Shown here piece by piece: positions 1 through 8,713 of a DNA stretch of 64,000 nucleotides. A program made the position numbers and the translations under genes. Every line of letters begins with the position of its first letter. The stretch's first letter is position 1. This stretch comes from an uncultured Thermodesulfobacteriota bacterium (GTDB lineage: Bacteria; Desulfobacterota; WTBG01; CAIYCZ01; CAIRTM01), in assembly GCA_964387595.1 (NCBI GenBank), contig CAYLYF010000002.1:7403-71402 (forward strand), read 5' to 3'. The notes beneath the pieces were generated by a model. The model did no database searches. It worked only from the letters and a program-made list of their open reading frames with translations, and was not told the origin of the DNA.

Positions 1-910
1 CCCGCCTGTCATAATATATGAGTCCTAATTTTAAGGAGATATCCTCTTCCAGGTCAGGTCTGTTGTTTTTTAAATAGGTATAATGAAAAATTGCATCAGT
101 AAGTTTGTTTGTTTTTACATATAAATAAGCGAGTTTGTTTCGGGAAGCCGCACTGTCCGGATTGACGATCAAAAGATCTTTGTATGCACAAATTGCTTTT
201 TTAAAATCATTAAGCTTTTCAAAAAGCTGTGCCAATTTGATATATGCAAGGTCAAGGCCGGGTTTTTTTAGTATTGCTTTACGATAGCATTTGATCGCGG
301 ATCTGTTTTTGCCGGTTTTTTCATAAATGTTCGCAAGATATAGAAGAGCTGTTGCCGGATTGTCTTCTCTTTTTAAAACCTTATGAATTGTTTTTTTTGC
401 ATTCCTGTAATCTTCCAGTTCAGAATATAAAACAGTGAGAGTGAAATAAATATTGTTATCCTCCGGCGTCAGCGCAAGCAGTTTTTTATATTCATCAATT
501 GCCGATTCATACTGATCATTTGTGGTGTACAATCTTGCCATCAGGATGTGTGCATCCGCGTTTAAGGGGTCAATATTAACGACCCTTATGCATGCGTTAA
601 TTGCTTTTCCGTATTTATTTTGGTATGCGTAAAGCTGTGCCAGCTGTATCAGGATATACACAGATTGCGTATCGATTTTAAGTGCTGCTTCAAATTCTGA
701 TGTTGCGCAGTTAATATCATTTATGGTTAGGCAGGACTGTGCTTTTAAGGTGTGATAATAAAGGTCTGAAGAAGGAAGCTCTGATATTTTGATTTTATCA
801 GAGTTGACCGTACTTGAGACCCTTGTATTTTTAGCCGGAGCTGAACAGGAATAACAAAACAGGATAAGACAAAATAAAACATATAAAATTTTATTATTTA
901 CGGATGACAT
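1..910 (-). CDS. TPR-repeat lipoprotein; 3' end of the gene lies beyond the window start (partial)
   Basis: An ORF not in the supplied track (it runs off the window edge) translates on the minus strand from ATG at 908-910 to the window edge. It has an N-terminal signal peptide with a lipobox-like Cys (LFCYSC) followed by repeated 34-aa TPR-like units (e.g. AxxxYxxA...P pattern). Confidence 0.6.
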   Translation of the reverse strand, partial: MSSVNNKILYVLFCLILFCYSCSAPAKNTRVSSTVNSDKIKISELPSSDLYYHTLKAQSCLTINDINCATSEFEAALKIDTQSVYILIQLAQLYAYQNKYGKAINACIRVVNIDPLNADAHILMARLYTTNDQYESAIDEYKKLLALTPEDNNIYFTLTVLYSELEDYRNAKKTIHKVLKREDNPATALLYLANIYEKTGKNRSAIKCYRKAILKKPGLDLAYIKLAQLFEKLNDFKKAICAYKDLLIVNPDSAASRNKLAYLYVKTNKLTDAIFHYTYLKNNRPDLEEDISLKLGLIYYDRR

Positions 911-926
911 TTTGAATATTGAATTA

Positions 927-1778
927 TTAATTATTTTTAAATTCTTTTGATACCACACATCTGAAGCCGATTGAAGGACTTCTGTATTCAGGTACATTTT
1001 TGCCTCTGAAAGCGCATTTTAGGTACTTTATATCACTCATCCATGACCCGCCTCTAAAAGCCTTATAAGTTCCATTATCAGGCCCGGCAGGATCTTTCTC
1101 CGGGGAGTTTTTGTAATACTGATCAGAGTACCAGTCCTGACACCATTCCCATACATTTCCGGACATATCGTTTAGTCCGTATCCGTTTGGCGGATATGAA
1201 CCCGCGGGATAAAGTTTTTTGCCGCGAACATAGCCTTTGTTGAAACTGGCCTGGTTAAATTTAAGCTTATCACCTGAAGGATAATTTTTATTTATCAGTC
1301 CGCCTCTGGATGCTTTCTCCCACTCTGCTTCAGTTGGCAGTCTTTTTTTTGCCCATTTTGCATATTTACATGCATCATTCCAGCTTACAAGGACAACAGG
1401 GAACTCAGCCGCATTGGCCGGATATGTATTATTATCCCAATTAAAATCATCGGCCCATTTCTTATTTTTTATACAGGGAGCAGGATGTCCGGTTTCAGAT
1501 ATGAATTTCTTATACTGGCGATTTGTAACTTCAAATTTGTCGATATAGTAGGCACTTAAATAAACACTATGCAGGGGCATTTCATCCGGTTTTTCATCTG
1601 TTTTATTATCAATACCCATTTGAAAGGGTCCCTCAGGTACAAGGATCATCTCAGTTTTTGATAAAAATTGTAAAGAATTATCCTCTTTTGACTCTTGTGC
1701 TGAATTATTGCATCCATAATACAGAAGGATCATTATGATTAAATAAGCTGTTTTGAGTATTTTTTGTATTTGAATCAT
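927..1778 (-). CDS. FGE-sulfatase (SUMF1/formylglycine-generating enzyme family) domain lipoprotein
   Basis: A signal peptide with lipobox (LLYYGC) is followed by conserved FGE-domain motifs (WEWCQDWY, FRGGSW, GFRCV). Confidence 0.8.
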   Translation of the reverse strand: MIQIQKILKTAYLIIMILLYYGCNNSAQESKEDNSLQFLSKTEMILVPEGPFQMGIDNKTDEKPDEMPLHSVYLSAYYIDKFEVTNRQYKKFISETGHPAPCIKNKKWADDFNWDNNTYPANAAEFPVVLVSWNDACKYAKWAKKRLPTEAEWEKASRGGLINKNYPSGDKLKFNQASFNKGYVRGKKLYPAGSYPPNGYGLNDMSGNVWEWCQDWYSDQYYKNSPEKDPAGPDNGTYKAFRGGSWMSDIKYLKCAFRGKNVPEYRSPSIGFRCVVSKEFKNN

Positions 1779-2007
1779 TTATTTACCTGGGGAGATTAGT
1801 TAAAGTATTTTTCAGGAATCAAACTGCTGCTTTATCTTAGAGACGACAGCTGTTTGATTAAATGAAGATAGTCTGGTTTTTATTGCAAGATTGTTCCAAG
1901 TCTTTAATTTTTGTTTAATAATAAAACATTTTAGTGCTAACTTAAAGATATATATTAAATGCTTTTATAAAAAAATTTGCAATCATAATAAGTTTTCGGC
2001 CACAAAT

Positions 2008-2028
2008 CGCACTAAAAAAAAGTGCGAT
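2008..2028. promoter_or_regulatory. Perfect palindrome TCGCACT-A8-AGTGCGA in the intergenic region upstream of the M23 peptidase gene
   Basis: A 7-bp perfect inverted repeat separated by eight A residues is read directly from the sequence. It is not positioned as a terminator for any adjacent gene. Confidence 0.3.
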
Positions 2029-2032
2029 TATT

Positions 2033-2087
2033 GTTGTTTTATTATTGGATGTTTTAAAATATTTTGTTTTATTATTGGATATTTTAT
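2033..2087 (+). repeat. Tandem direct repeat (2 x ~17-24 bp, TTGTTTTATTATTGGAT[G/A]TTTTA) followed by a TGTATAAT -10-like box
   Basis: Two near-identical copies spaced ~12 bp apart lie ~160-200 bp upstream of the M23 peptidase start. A TGTATAAT sequence sits at ~2089-2096. Confidence 0.4.
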
Positions 2088-2249
2088 GTATAATACTAAA
2101 ATATTAATAGGCTTTGATGATTTATGTTATGCAGATAACTTGGAAAATTTTTAGAACCGCTTTTCCTTTGACTTTAAAAAAAGCTCTGATCATAAATATT
2201 ATAATGTGAAATTACATTGTATGAAACATTTTAAACATTTGAAAATATA

Positions 2250-3197
2250 ATGATTAAAAAGAACCAGGTAACATTAATAATACAGCCTGACTGGCAAAAC
2301 AAAAGAGGGAATGTTCCTACGGTAAGGAAACTCATATTTCCTAAAAGAGTTTTCTATTCTTTCTCTTTTTTGATTTTTCTATTTATTGTTCTGGGTGCAG
2401 CAGGAGGCTGGACAATACGTAATAATCTGATCATTAAATCAAAAATAAAGAAAACAGAAACTGAAATCAATTCCAGACAATCACTTTATAATCAGGTTTC
2501 TGAGATCAGAAAAGAAGTAAGAATAATTAGAGATTTTCTGGGAAAAGGAACTTATAATGAGAGTAAGGAAAGTAAAGAACAGATGGGAATGGGCGGTTCT
2601 GATCCCGATGAAAGCCTGGTCCTGACACCGCTTGATATAGAAAAAGAACATGATCGTCTGAACTGTCAGAAAATGAACAAGCCTTTACATTCGCAGGTCA
2701 TCTTCCTCAAAAATAATATTCTTGAGGTCCATACCCTGATTTCAAGCATGACTGAAAAGCTGAGACATAAGCCGACAATCATGCCTGCTGTCGGTAATAG
2801 ATTATGGATCTCCTCAGGTTTTGGATGGCGAAAAAGTCCTTTTACCGGTCTTAGAAAATTTCATTACGGCCTGGATATTTCCAGCAAGAGGGGAACGCCT
2901 ATCATTACAACTGCAGATGGCGTGATCGAAAAAACAGGATCAAACAGGTTTATCGGTAATTATGTAACTGTTAAACATGATGAGGTCTATTCCACGTCTT
3001 ACGGGCATCTGCTTAAGGATGTTGTGGAAAAAGGTCAGGTCGTCAAAAGAGGCGATGTTATCGGTTTAATGGGCTCGACCGGACTTTCAACAGGTAATCA
3101 TCTTCATTATGTGGTGAATTTTAACGGTACTCGAGTAAATCCCTATGAGTATGTCCTGAATAGAAAAGATTTGAACATCGCTGCTTCAGCAAAATGA
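2250..3197 (+). CDS. M23 family metallopeptidase (LytM/EnvC-like murein endopeptidase) with N-terminal TM and coiled-coil region
   Basis: The C-terminal domain carries M23 signature motifs (HYGLD, GxxGxSTGxHLHY). The N-terminus has a hydrophobic segment and a charged coiled-coil-like stretch. Confidence 0.85.
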   Translation: MIKKNQVTLIIQPDWQNKRGNVPTVRKLIFPKRVFYSFSFLIFLFIVLGAAGGWTIRNNLIIKSKIKKTETEINSRQSLYNQVSEIRKEVRIIRDFLGKGTYNESKESKEQMGMGGSDPDESLVLTPLDIEKEHDRLNCQKMNKPLHSQVIFLKNNILEVHTLISSMTEKLRHKPTIMPAVGNRLWISSGFGWRKSPFTGLRKFHYGLDISSKRGTPIITTADGVIEKTGSNRFIGNYVTVKHDEVYSTSYGHLLKDVVEKGQVVKRGDVIGLMGSTGLSTGNHLHYVVNFNGTRVNPYEYVLNRKDLNIAASAK

Positions 3198-3235
3198 TCC
3201 GGCCTGTACGGCTGTCCCGCCTTATCGCAACAGCA

Positions 3236-4753
3236 CTATTTTTTCCGGCCTTTTTGCCGTGATTTTTTTGATTGTTTGCGTTTGTCCTTTGTCTTCTTTT
3301 TTAATCCTTTTTGAACCAGTTTTGGGGCTTTTGAAGGCAGCTGCATGCCGCCGCTGCCCATCATACCGGCGAGGTCAAGTCCGCCGCCGCCGCCCATCCC
3401 CGGCAGATTTGAAAGTCCGCCGGAAATTTTACCCAGCAGACCGGTTTTACCCATGTTCTTCATCATATTACGCATCATTTTAAAGCGTTTTAAAAGTTCA
3501 TTAATATCTTTAACTGTTCGTCCGCTTCCCTTTGATATTCTTTTTTTTCTGCTGTCATTAAGAATGTCAGGGGTGACGCGCTCTTTGGGTGTCATTGAGT
3601 TTATGATTGATTCAACCTTTACGATCTCACCTTCTTCGACTGACGCTCCGCCGGTCATTTGCTTGAAAAACGGTATTTTGTCTACCAGGTCCTGAAGCGG
3701 CCCCATCTTTTTTATGGCCTGTATCTGCTCAATGAAATCAATAAGCGTAAACTGGCCTTTAAGCATTCGTTTTGCATCTTCTTCGGCCTTTTTTTCGTCG
3801 ATGACTTCCTCAAAGTCCTTCATCAGGCCAACAACATCACCAAAGCCCAGTATCCTGGACGCGAGTCCCTCCGGCCTGAATTCTTCAAGTCTGTCAAATG
3901 ATTCACCGGTTCCGATGAATTTGATCGGGGTGCCGGTTACTTCTTTTATAGAAAGCGCGGCGCCACCGCGTGCGTCGCCATCCAGTTTTGTGAGTATAAA
4001 TCCGGAAATATTCAGTCTTCTGTTAAATTCCTCGGCAGTTTTAACAGCGTCCTGGCCTGTCATCGAGTCACAGACAAGAAAGGTATTGTCCGGAACTGTT
4101 TGTGATGCAATGCTTTCGAGTTCGTTCATGAGTTCATTGTCGATCGCAAGTCTGCCGGCAGTATCAAAGATGACAATGTCGCACCCGATTTCTTTCGCAT
4201 GAACGAGTGCCTGTTTACAAAGGTCCGGAGGGGAAGTGTTCTCTTTTGAATAAACGGGTATGTTTAGAGACTGACCAATTACTTTGAGCTGTTCAACAGC
4301 GGCAGGTCTGTAAATATCTGCCGCAACCAGAAGCGGCTTTTTATTTTCTTTGGTTAGATGACTGGCCAGTTTTCCGGCTGTTGTGGTTTTACCGCAGCCC
4401 TGGAGTCCCAGAAGCATGATCGATGAAACAGGTCTGGTTTTGTAGTTTATGGTCGTATCAACCGGACCCATCAAGGCTTCGAGCTCTGACTGGCAGATAC
4501 TTATAAAGTGATCACCGGCAGAGACCTTGATCTTTTTACCATCGTGGGAAACACGGGTGTTAACGGTTTCTCCGAGAGCTTTTTCCTTGACCTGGGCAAG
4601 AAATTTTTTGACGATTGACAGATTGACATCAGCTTCAAGCAGTGACAGCCGGATGTCTTTCAGGGAATCATCAATGTTTTCTTCGGTCAGCTCAATTCGG
4701 CCTTTTAGCCGGTCCTTAGCTTTATTAAAACCATTCGATAGAACTTCAAGCAT
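3236..4753 (-). CDS. ffh: Signal recognition particle protein Ffh (SRP54)
   Basis: An NG domain with GLQGCGKTTT P-loop and DTAGR motif is present. The M domain has a Gly/Met-rich region and there is a Lys/Arg-rich C-terminal tail. Confidence 0.95.
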   Translation of the reverse strand: MLEVLSNGFNKAKDRLKGRIELTEENIDDSLKDIRLSLLEADVNLSIVKKFLAQVKEKALGETVNTRVSHDGKKIKVSAGDHFISICQSELEALMGPVDTTINYKTRPVSSIMLLGLQGCGKTTTAGKLASHLTKENKKPLLVAADIYRPAAVEQLKVIGQSLNIPVYSKENTSPPDLCKQALVHAKEIGCDIVIFDTAGRLAIDNELMNELESIASQTVPDNTFLVCDSMTGQDAVKTAEEFNRRLNISGFILTKLDGDARGGAALSIKEVTGTPIKFIGTGESFDRLEEFRPEGLASRILGFGDVVGLMKDFEEVIDEKKAEEDAKRMLKGQFTLIDFIEQIQAIKKMGPLQDLVDKIPFFKQMTGGASVEEGEIVKVESIINSMTPKERVTPDILNDSRKKRISKGSGRTVKDINELLKRFKMMRNMMKNMGKTGLLGKISGGLSNLPGMGGGGGLDLAGMMGSGGMQLPSKAPKLVQKGLKKKTKDKRKQSKKSRQKGRKK

Positions 4754-4776
4754 GAGTAAGGTGTCGTATTAAAATG

Positions 4777-6711
4777 TTATTTATTAGATAATTCTTCCGC
4801 TACAGCTTTCACAATTGAATCCGGGTCAATTCCTGCGGCTTTAAAAAGCTTTCCGGTAGGGCCTGAAAAACCATACTGTGTAACACCAAGCTTTCTTAAA
4901 ACAACGGACTGTCTGTTATCAACAAGCCAGTTTGCAATTTTACTTCCCATGCCTGTTTCTGAGATATGGTCTTCGCATGTTATGATCACACCGGTTTTAC
5001 ATGCGGAAAATAATGTTTCGTCATCAAGCTTTTTAGGACAGGACAGGTTTAGAACTTTAGCATTAATTCCTTTTTCTTTTAAAATGTCATGAGCCTGGAG
5101 CGCGTGATTAAAGACTGAGCCGCATGAGATGATTGTTGCATCACTGCCTTCACGTATGGTGTCTATTTTTCCATATTCAAATTTGTAATTTTTACCATAA
5201 AACGGATTTCCGGAGTCATCAAGGATCGTGGGCAGCTTTGATCTTCCCATTCCCAGAAGAAAATTTCCGTAGGTTCCGGAGATGTAACGAGTTGCACGGT
5301 CTGTCTGATTCGGGTCGCCGGGAATAATGATGCCGAAACCCAGAAGGTTTTGAAATAGCGCGATGTAATCAATACACTGATGTGTTTTTCCGTCTTCACC
5401 CACATCAAGTCCTATATGGGTACAGGCGAGTTTAAGATTAGAGTGATTTATATCGTTTAAGCGGTGCTGGTTGTAGGTTTCACAAACTCCGAAAACACCG
5501 AAATCAGCAAAAAAGGTAAGTATGCCTTCAATGGATAATGCACCGGCAATTGTTGCGGCACTATGTTCCTGTATACCGGTCTGTATCAGGTTGTCCGGGA
5601 GAACGGACTGAAATCCGTTTGTTTTTACTGAACTTGCCAAATCGCAGTCAAGAACAGCCATCCTGGGACTATCTGAATTTTGTTTAGTGGCTTCAGCGAT
5701 GCTTTTTAACGCGCTGCCAAATGCTGACCTGTTGTCGGTTTTATCATCTTTTCCATAGATTATCGGATCGCCGGTTATGATCTCAGGCATAATTTCAATT
5801 GGTGCCCGATGAAAATCAAGAGGGATGTCTTTTCCCCTCATTTTTTTGTATTTTTCGAGATCCATTTCAACGGAAAGTTCTTTCACCGCTTTATAAAAAT
5901 CCTCTTCATTTAAGGGAACACCATGGAACTTCGCAATATTTTCCATGAAAGAGACCCCTTTACCCATTACTGTATCAGCTATAATTGCAGTGGGCGCTTT
6001 GTCGTCATTTACGGCTTTGTATAGGCTTTCATATATCTGATTAAAGTCATGACCGTTGATCTCAATAACATTCCATCCATCGGAAATGAAATTTTCTTTA
6101 ATGTTCTGGGGCATGATATCCTTAATGTTACCGGAGATCTGAAGATGATTGTTGTCGATCAGAACAGTAAGATGGGTAAGCTTGTTTTTTGCAGCAAATT
6201 CTCTGGCTTCAGAGATCTGTCCTTTTTGCTGTTCCCCGTCACCCATAACAACAAATGTGTTATAATTTTTCCGGTTTATTTTGGCTGCCATTGCAAAACC
6301 GCAGCCAACGGAAAGGCCCTGGCCAAGGTTTCCGGTACCCCATTCAATTCCGGGAACGATCCTTTCAACGTGACCTTCAAAGATACTTCCCGCTCTTCTG
6401 AATCCGGATATCGCATCATCAATATTAAAAAATCCGTTTCTGGCAAGGGCAGCGTAAACACCCGGTGAAGTATGGCCGTGACTGGTAACGATTCTGTCTC
6501 TGTCCGGATTATTGGGAGTGTCCGGAAAAAGGTTTGCACATTTAAAAAGAGTCAGATACATGTCAATTGAAGACATTGACCCGCCCGGATGCCCGGAAGC
6601 GGCAAGGGTGGTCATTGCGAGAATATCAGCTTTGCACTGACTGGAAAGATTTTCCAGCTCTAAAAGTGTGTTTTTATCTAGATCTGAGTTTGTAAAACCA
6701 TTTTGCTTCAT
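4777..6711 (-). CDS. tkt: Transketolase
   Basis: The ORF is 644 aa and carries the GHPGGSMS (ThDP-binding GHPG) and DRDRxVxSxGH motifs typical of Tkt. Confidence 0.95.
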   Translation of the reverse strand: MKQNGFTNSDLDKNTLLELENLSSQCKADILAMTTLAASGHPGGSMSSIDMYLTLFKCANLFPDTPNNPDRDRIVTSHGHTSPGVYAALARNGFFNIDDAISGFRRAGSIFEGHVERIVPGIEWGTGNLGQGLSVGCGFAMAAKINRKNYNTFVVMGDGEQQKGQISEAREFAAKNKLTHLTVLIDNNHLQISGNIKDIMPQNIKENFISDGWNVIEINGHDFNQIYESLYKAVNDDKAPTAIIADTVMGKGVSFMENIAKFHGVPLNEEDFYKAVKELSVEMDLEKYKKMRGKDIPLDFHRAPIEIMPEIITGDPIIYGKDDKTDNRSAFGSALKSIAEATKQNSDSPRMAVLDCDLASSVKTNGFQSVLPDNLIQTGIQEHSAATIAGALSIEGILTFFADFGVFGVCETYNQHRLNDINHSNLKLACTHIGLDVGEDGKTHQCIDYIALFQNLLGFGIIIPGDPNQTDRATRYISGTYGNFLLGMGRSKLPTILDDSGNPFYGKNYKFEYGKIDTIREGSDATIISCGSVFNHALQAHDILKEKGINAKVLNLSCPKKLDDETLFSACKTGVIITCEDHISETGMGSKIANWLVDNRQSVVLRKLGVTQYGFSGPTGKLFKAAGIDPDSIVKAVAEELSNK

Positions 6712-6861
6712 TTTAGCCTCTTTTATTAATTAATTTAGTTATATGTAGCACAGTTGATTTTGATGCGCTCCAACTGTATGACTTTATCACGATTAGAACT
6801 TTCCATTATAAATAGGTAAAAAAGAGATGTCAATGATGAATGAGAAAAGAGTGCTAAAAAG

Positions 6862-8304
6862 CTATTTTTTCCAGAATTCGGGGATGAAAATTATAAGAAT
6901 GGTGAAAATTTCAAGTCTTCCCAGCAGCATCAGCAATATCAGGACCCATTTGCCGAAATCAGGTATAAACTGATAATTTTCATAAGGGCCGACGCCAGAA
7001 AGCCCGGGTCCTATATTTCCAAGAGAAGCCGCTGTTGAAGATACGGCTGTGATAAAATCCAGTCCGCAAAGGGACATGAAAAGTGATCCGAAAATAAACA
7101 GTAGAAGATAACAGACAACAAAGACACAGATACTTCTAATTATGGTTGGAGATACTGATTTATCGGCTATTTTTACGGATGTTACGGCATGGGGATGAAT
7201 CATGGTAATGAATTCACGGTAAACCATCTTAAAAAGAAGCATTATTCTGATGCATTTTATACCGCCTCCGGTGGACCCGGCGCTGCCGCCAATAAACATC
7301 AGGATAAACAATAACATTATGCTGAAGGCCGGCCACTGGTCAAAATTTGTGTTGCTGTAGCCTGTTGTGGTCATAATGGATGTTGCCTGAAAGGCTGAGT
7401 CTAAAAGCGATTTGGCAAAAGTCTGGCCATTGGCATACAGGCAAAGGGTAATTAATATTGTGGTTATAAAAAGAATAGAGAAATAAGTGAGAAATTCTCT
7501 ATCTTTAAAAAAGCTCTTAATTTTACCGTTAAAAAGTCTGTAATGAAGAGAAAAATTAATTCCGGCTGCAAACATGAAGATTATACAGACGATCTCAAGA
7601 CCCGGATTATTAAACGACTCAAGACTTTTGTTCTTTGTTGAGAAACCGCCGGTTGCCATTGTGGTAAATGAATGACAGACTGCGTTAAAAAAATCCATGC
7701 CGAAAAACATTAACAGCATTACCTGACTAATAGAAAGAAAGATGTAAATTTTCCATAAAGACCGGGCTGTTTCGGCAATTCGGGGGGTCAATTTTTCAAG
7801 AACCGGGCCAGGGACCTCGGCTTTATACAGCTGCATGCCCCCGATTCCAAGCAGCGGAAGTATCGCAATTGAAAACAGGATAATACCCATTCCGCCAAGC
7901 CACTGGATCATGCTTCTCCAGAACAGAATGGATTTTGGAAGTATTTCAACATCGGTTAAAACCGTTGCTCCGGTTGTTGTAAAGCCTGATACTGTTTCAA
8001 AATAGGTGTCAGTAAATGACGAAAATGTTGAATCAAAAATAAAAGGAAGTGAACCGAAGAAGGTCGCAAGAATCCACCCGAGGGCAACGATCAAAAATCC
8101 TTCCCGGTGTGATATTTGTTTTTTTAAAGGTTTGAAAAAACCAAGAAGTAATATTCCGGCCAGAATAGTGCTGATAGCAGCCGGAAAAAAAGACGTGTAC
8201 GTGTCTTCATTGTAAACCAATGCAGTAATGCCGGGTATGGTCATTGTGATGCCGAGAAAAAGAAGCAGCATACCCTGGGTTCGTAGTATCAGTGTGAAAG
8301 ACAT
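6862..8304 (-). CDS. trkH: TrkH/KtrB family K+ uptake membrane subunit
   Basis: This polytopic membrane protein has repeated selectivity-filter-like GxTTTG/TTTGYS motifs. Confidence 0.9.
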   Translation of the reverse strand: MSFTLILRTQGMLLLFLGITMTIPGITALVYNEDTYTSFFPAAISTILAGILLLGFFKPLKKQISHREGFLIVALGWILATFFGSLPFIFDSTFSSFTDTYFETVSGFTTTGATVLTDVEILPKSILFWRSMIQWLGGMGIILFSIAILPLLGIGGMQLYKAEVPGPVLEKLTPRIAETARSLWKIYIFLSISQVMLLMFFGMDFFNAVCHSFTTMATGGFSTKNKSLESFNNPGLEIVCIIFMFAAGINFSLHYRLFNGKIKSFFKDREFLTYFSILFITTILITLCLYANGQTFAKSLLDSAFQATSIMTTTGYSNTNFDQWPAFSIMLLFILMFIGGSAGSTGGGIKCIRIMLLFKMVYREFITMIHPHAVTSVKIADKSVSPTIIRSICVFVVCYLLLFIFGSLFMSLCGLDFITAVSSTAASLGNIGPGLSGVGPYENYQFIPDFGKWVLILLMLLGRLEIFTILIIFIPEFWKK

Positions 8305-8358
8305 ATTTATTCTGATTCTGGTTGTGTTGGAATATATTTGTAATAATTTATGTTTAAA

Positions 8359-8632
8359 CCACGGCTTTAGAGCAGTTTCTTTTTCACTATAGCCTTAAGA
8401 CAGCTGAACCAACAGTTTAAACAGCTTGAACGGTTTAATCAAATTAAAAATCTCAAATAAAACTGAAAAGCAGTAATGCCAAACCTTTTACATTATTTAC
8501 CCTTTTTGTTCTTTTTCGTTTTGGCATTCATTGGGCATTTGAACTTTGGTCTTTGGCTTTTAGATTGCACCGTACCTACCGTTATGCCTAAACGTTATGG
8601 CTACAATATTTAAGAAAATGCTCTAGCCGTGG
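8359..8632 (+). mobile_element. MITE-like element family R2, copy 1 (~274 bp) with terminal inverted repeats CCACGGCTTTAGAGCAGTTT ... AAAATGCTCTAGCCGTGG
   Basis: A second, ~80% similar copy lies in inverted orientation at 17065-17326. The ends form ~12-18 bp TIRs. The element is non-coding. Confidence 0.55.
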
Positions 8633-8677
8633 ATAATTACAAAAAATGAAATCTGAAAGGTGTAGAATAGATATGAA

Positions 8678-8708
8678 TCACTCACTTCTAACTTCTCACT
8701 TCTCACTT
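8678..8708. repeat. Tandem heptamer array, (GTGARRA)x4 read on the minus strand (TCACTCACTTCTAACTTCTCACTTCTCACTT on plus)
   Basis: The array is read directly. It sits immediately 3' of the trkA stop codon, and the same motif recurs at 14545, 16168 and 17338. Confidence 0.5.
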
Positions 8709-8713
8709 ATTAA

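Noticed and set aside
40-56. Motif CCAGGTCAGGTC resembling the conserved domain IV of SRP (4.5S) RNA
   Set aside because: It lies inside the TPR lipoprotein coding frame, lacks the flanking conserved helix of ffs, and is too short. It is probably coincidental.
3259-4772. Several plus-strand ORFs (74-162 aa) antisense to ffh
   Set aside because: They overlap a strongly supported housekeeping gene, have low-complexity Ser/Pro-rich translations and contain no motifs. They are shadow ORFs.
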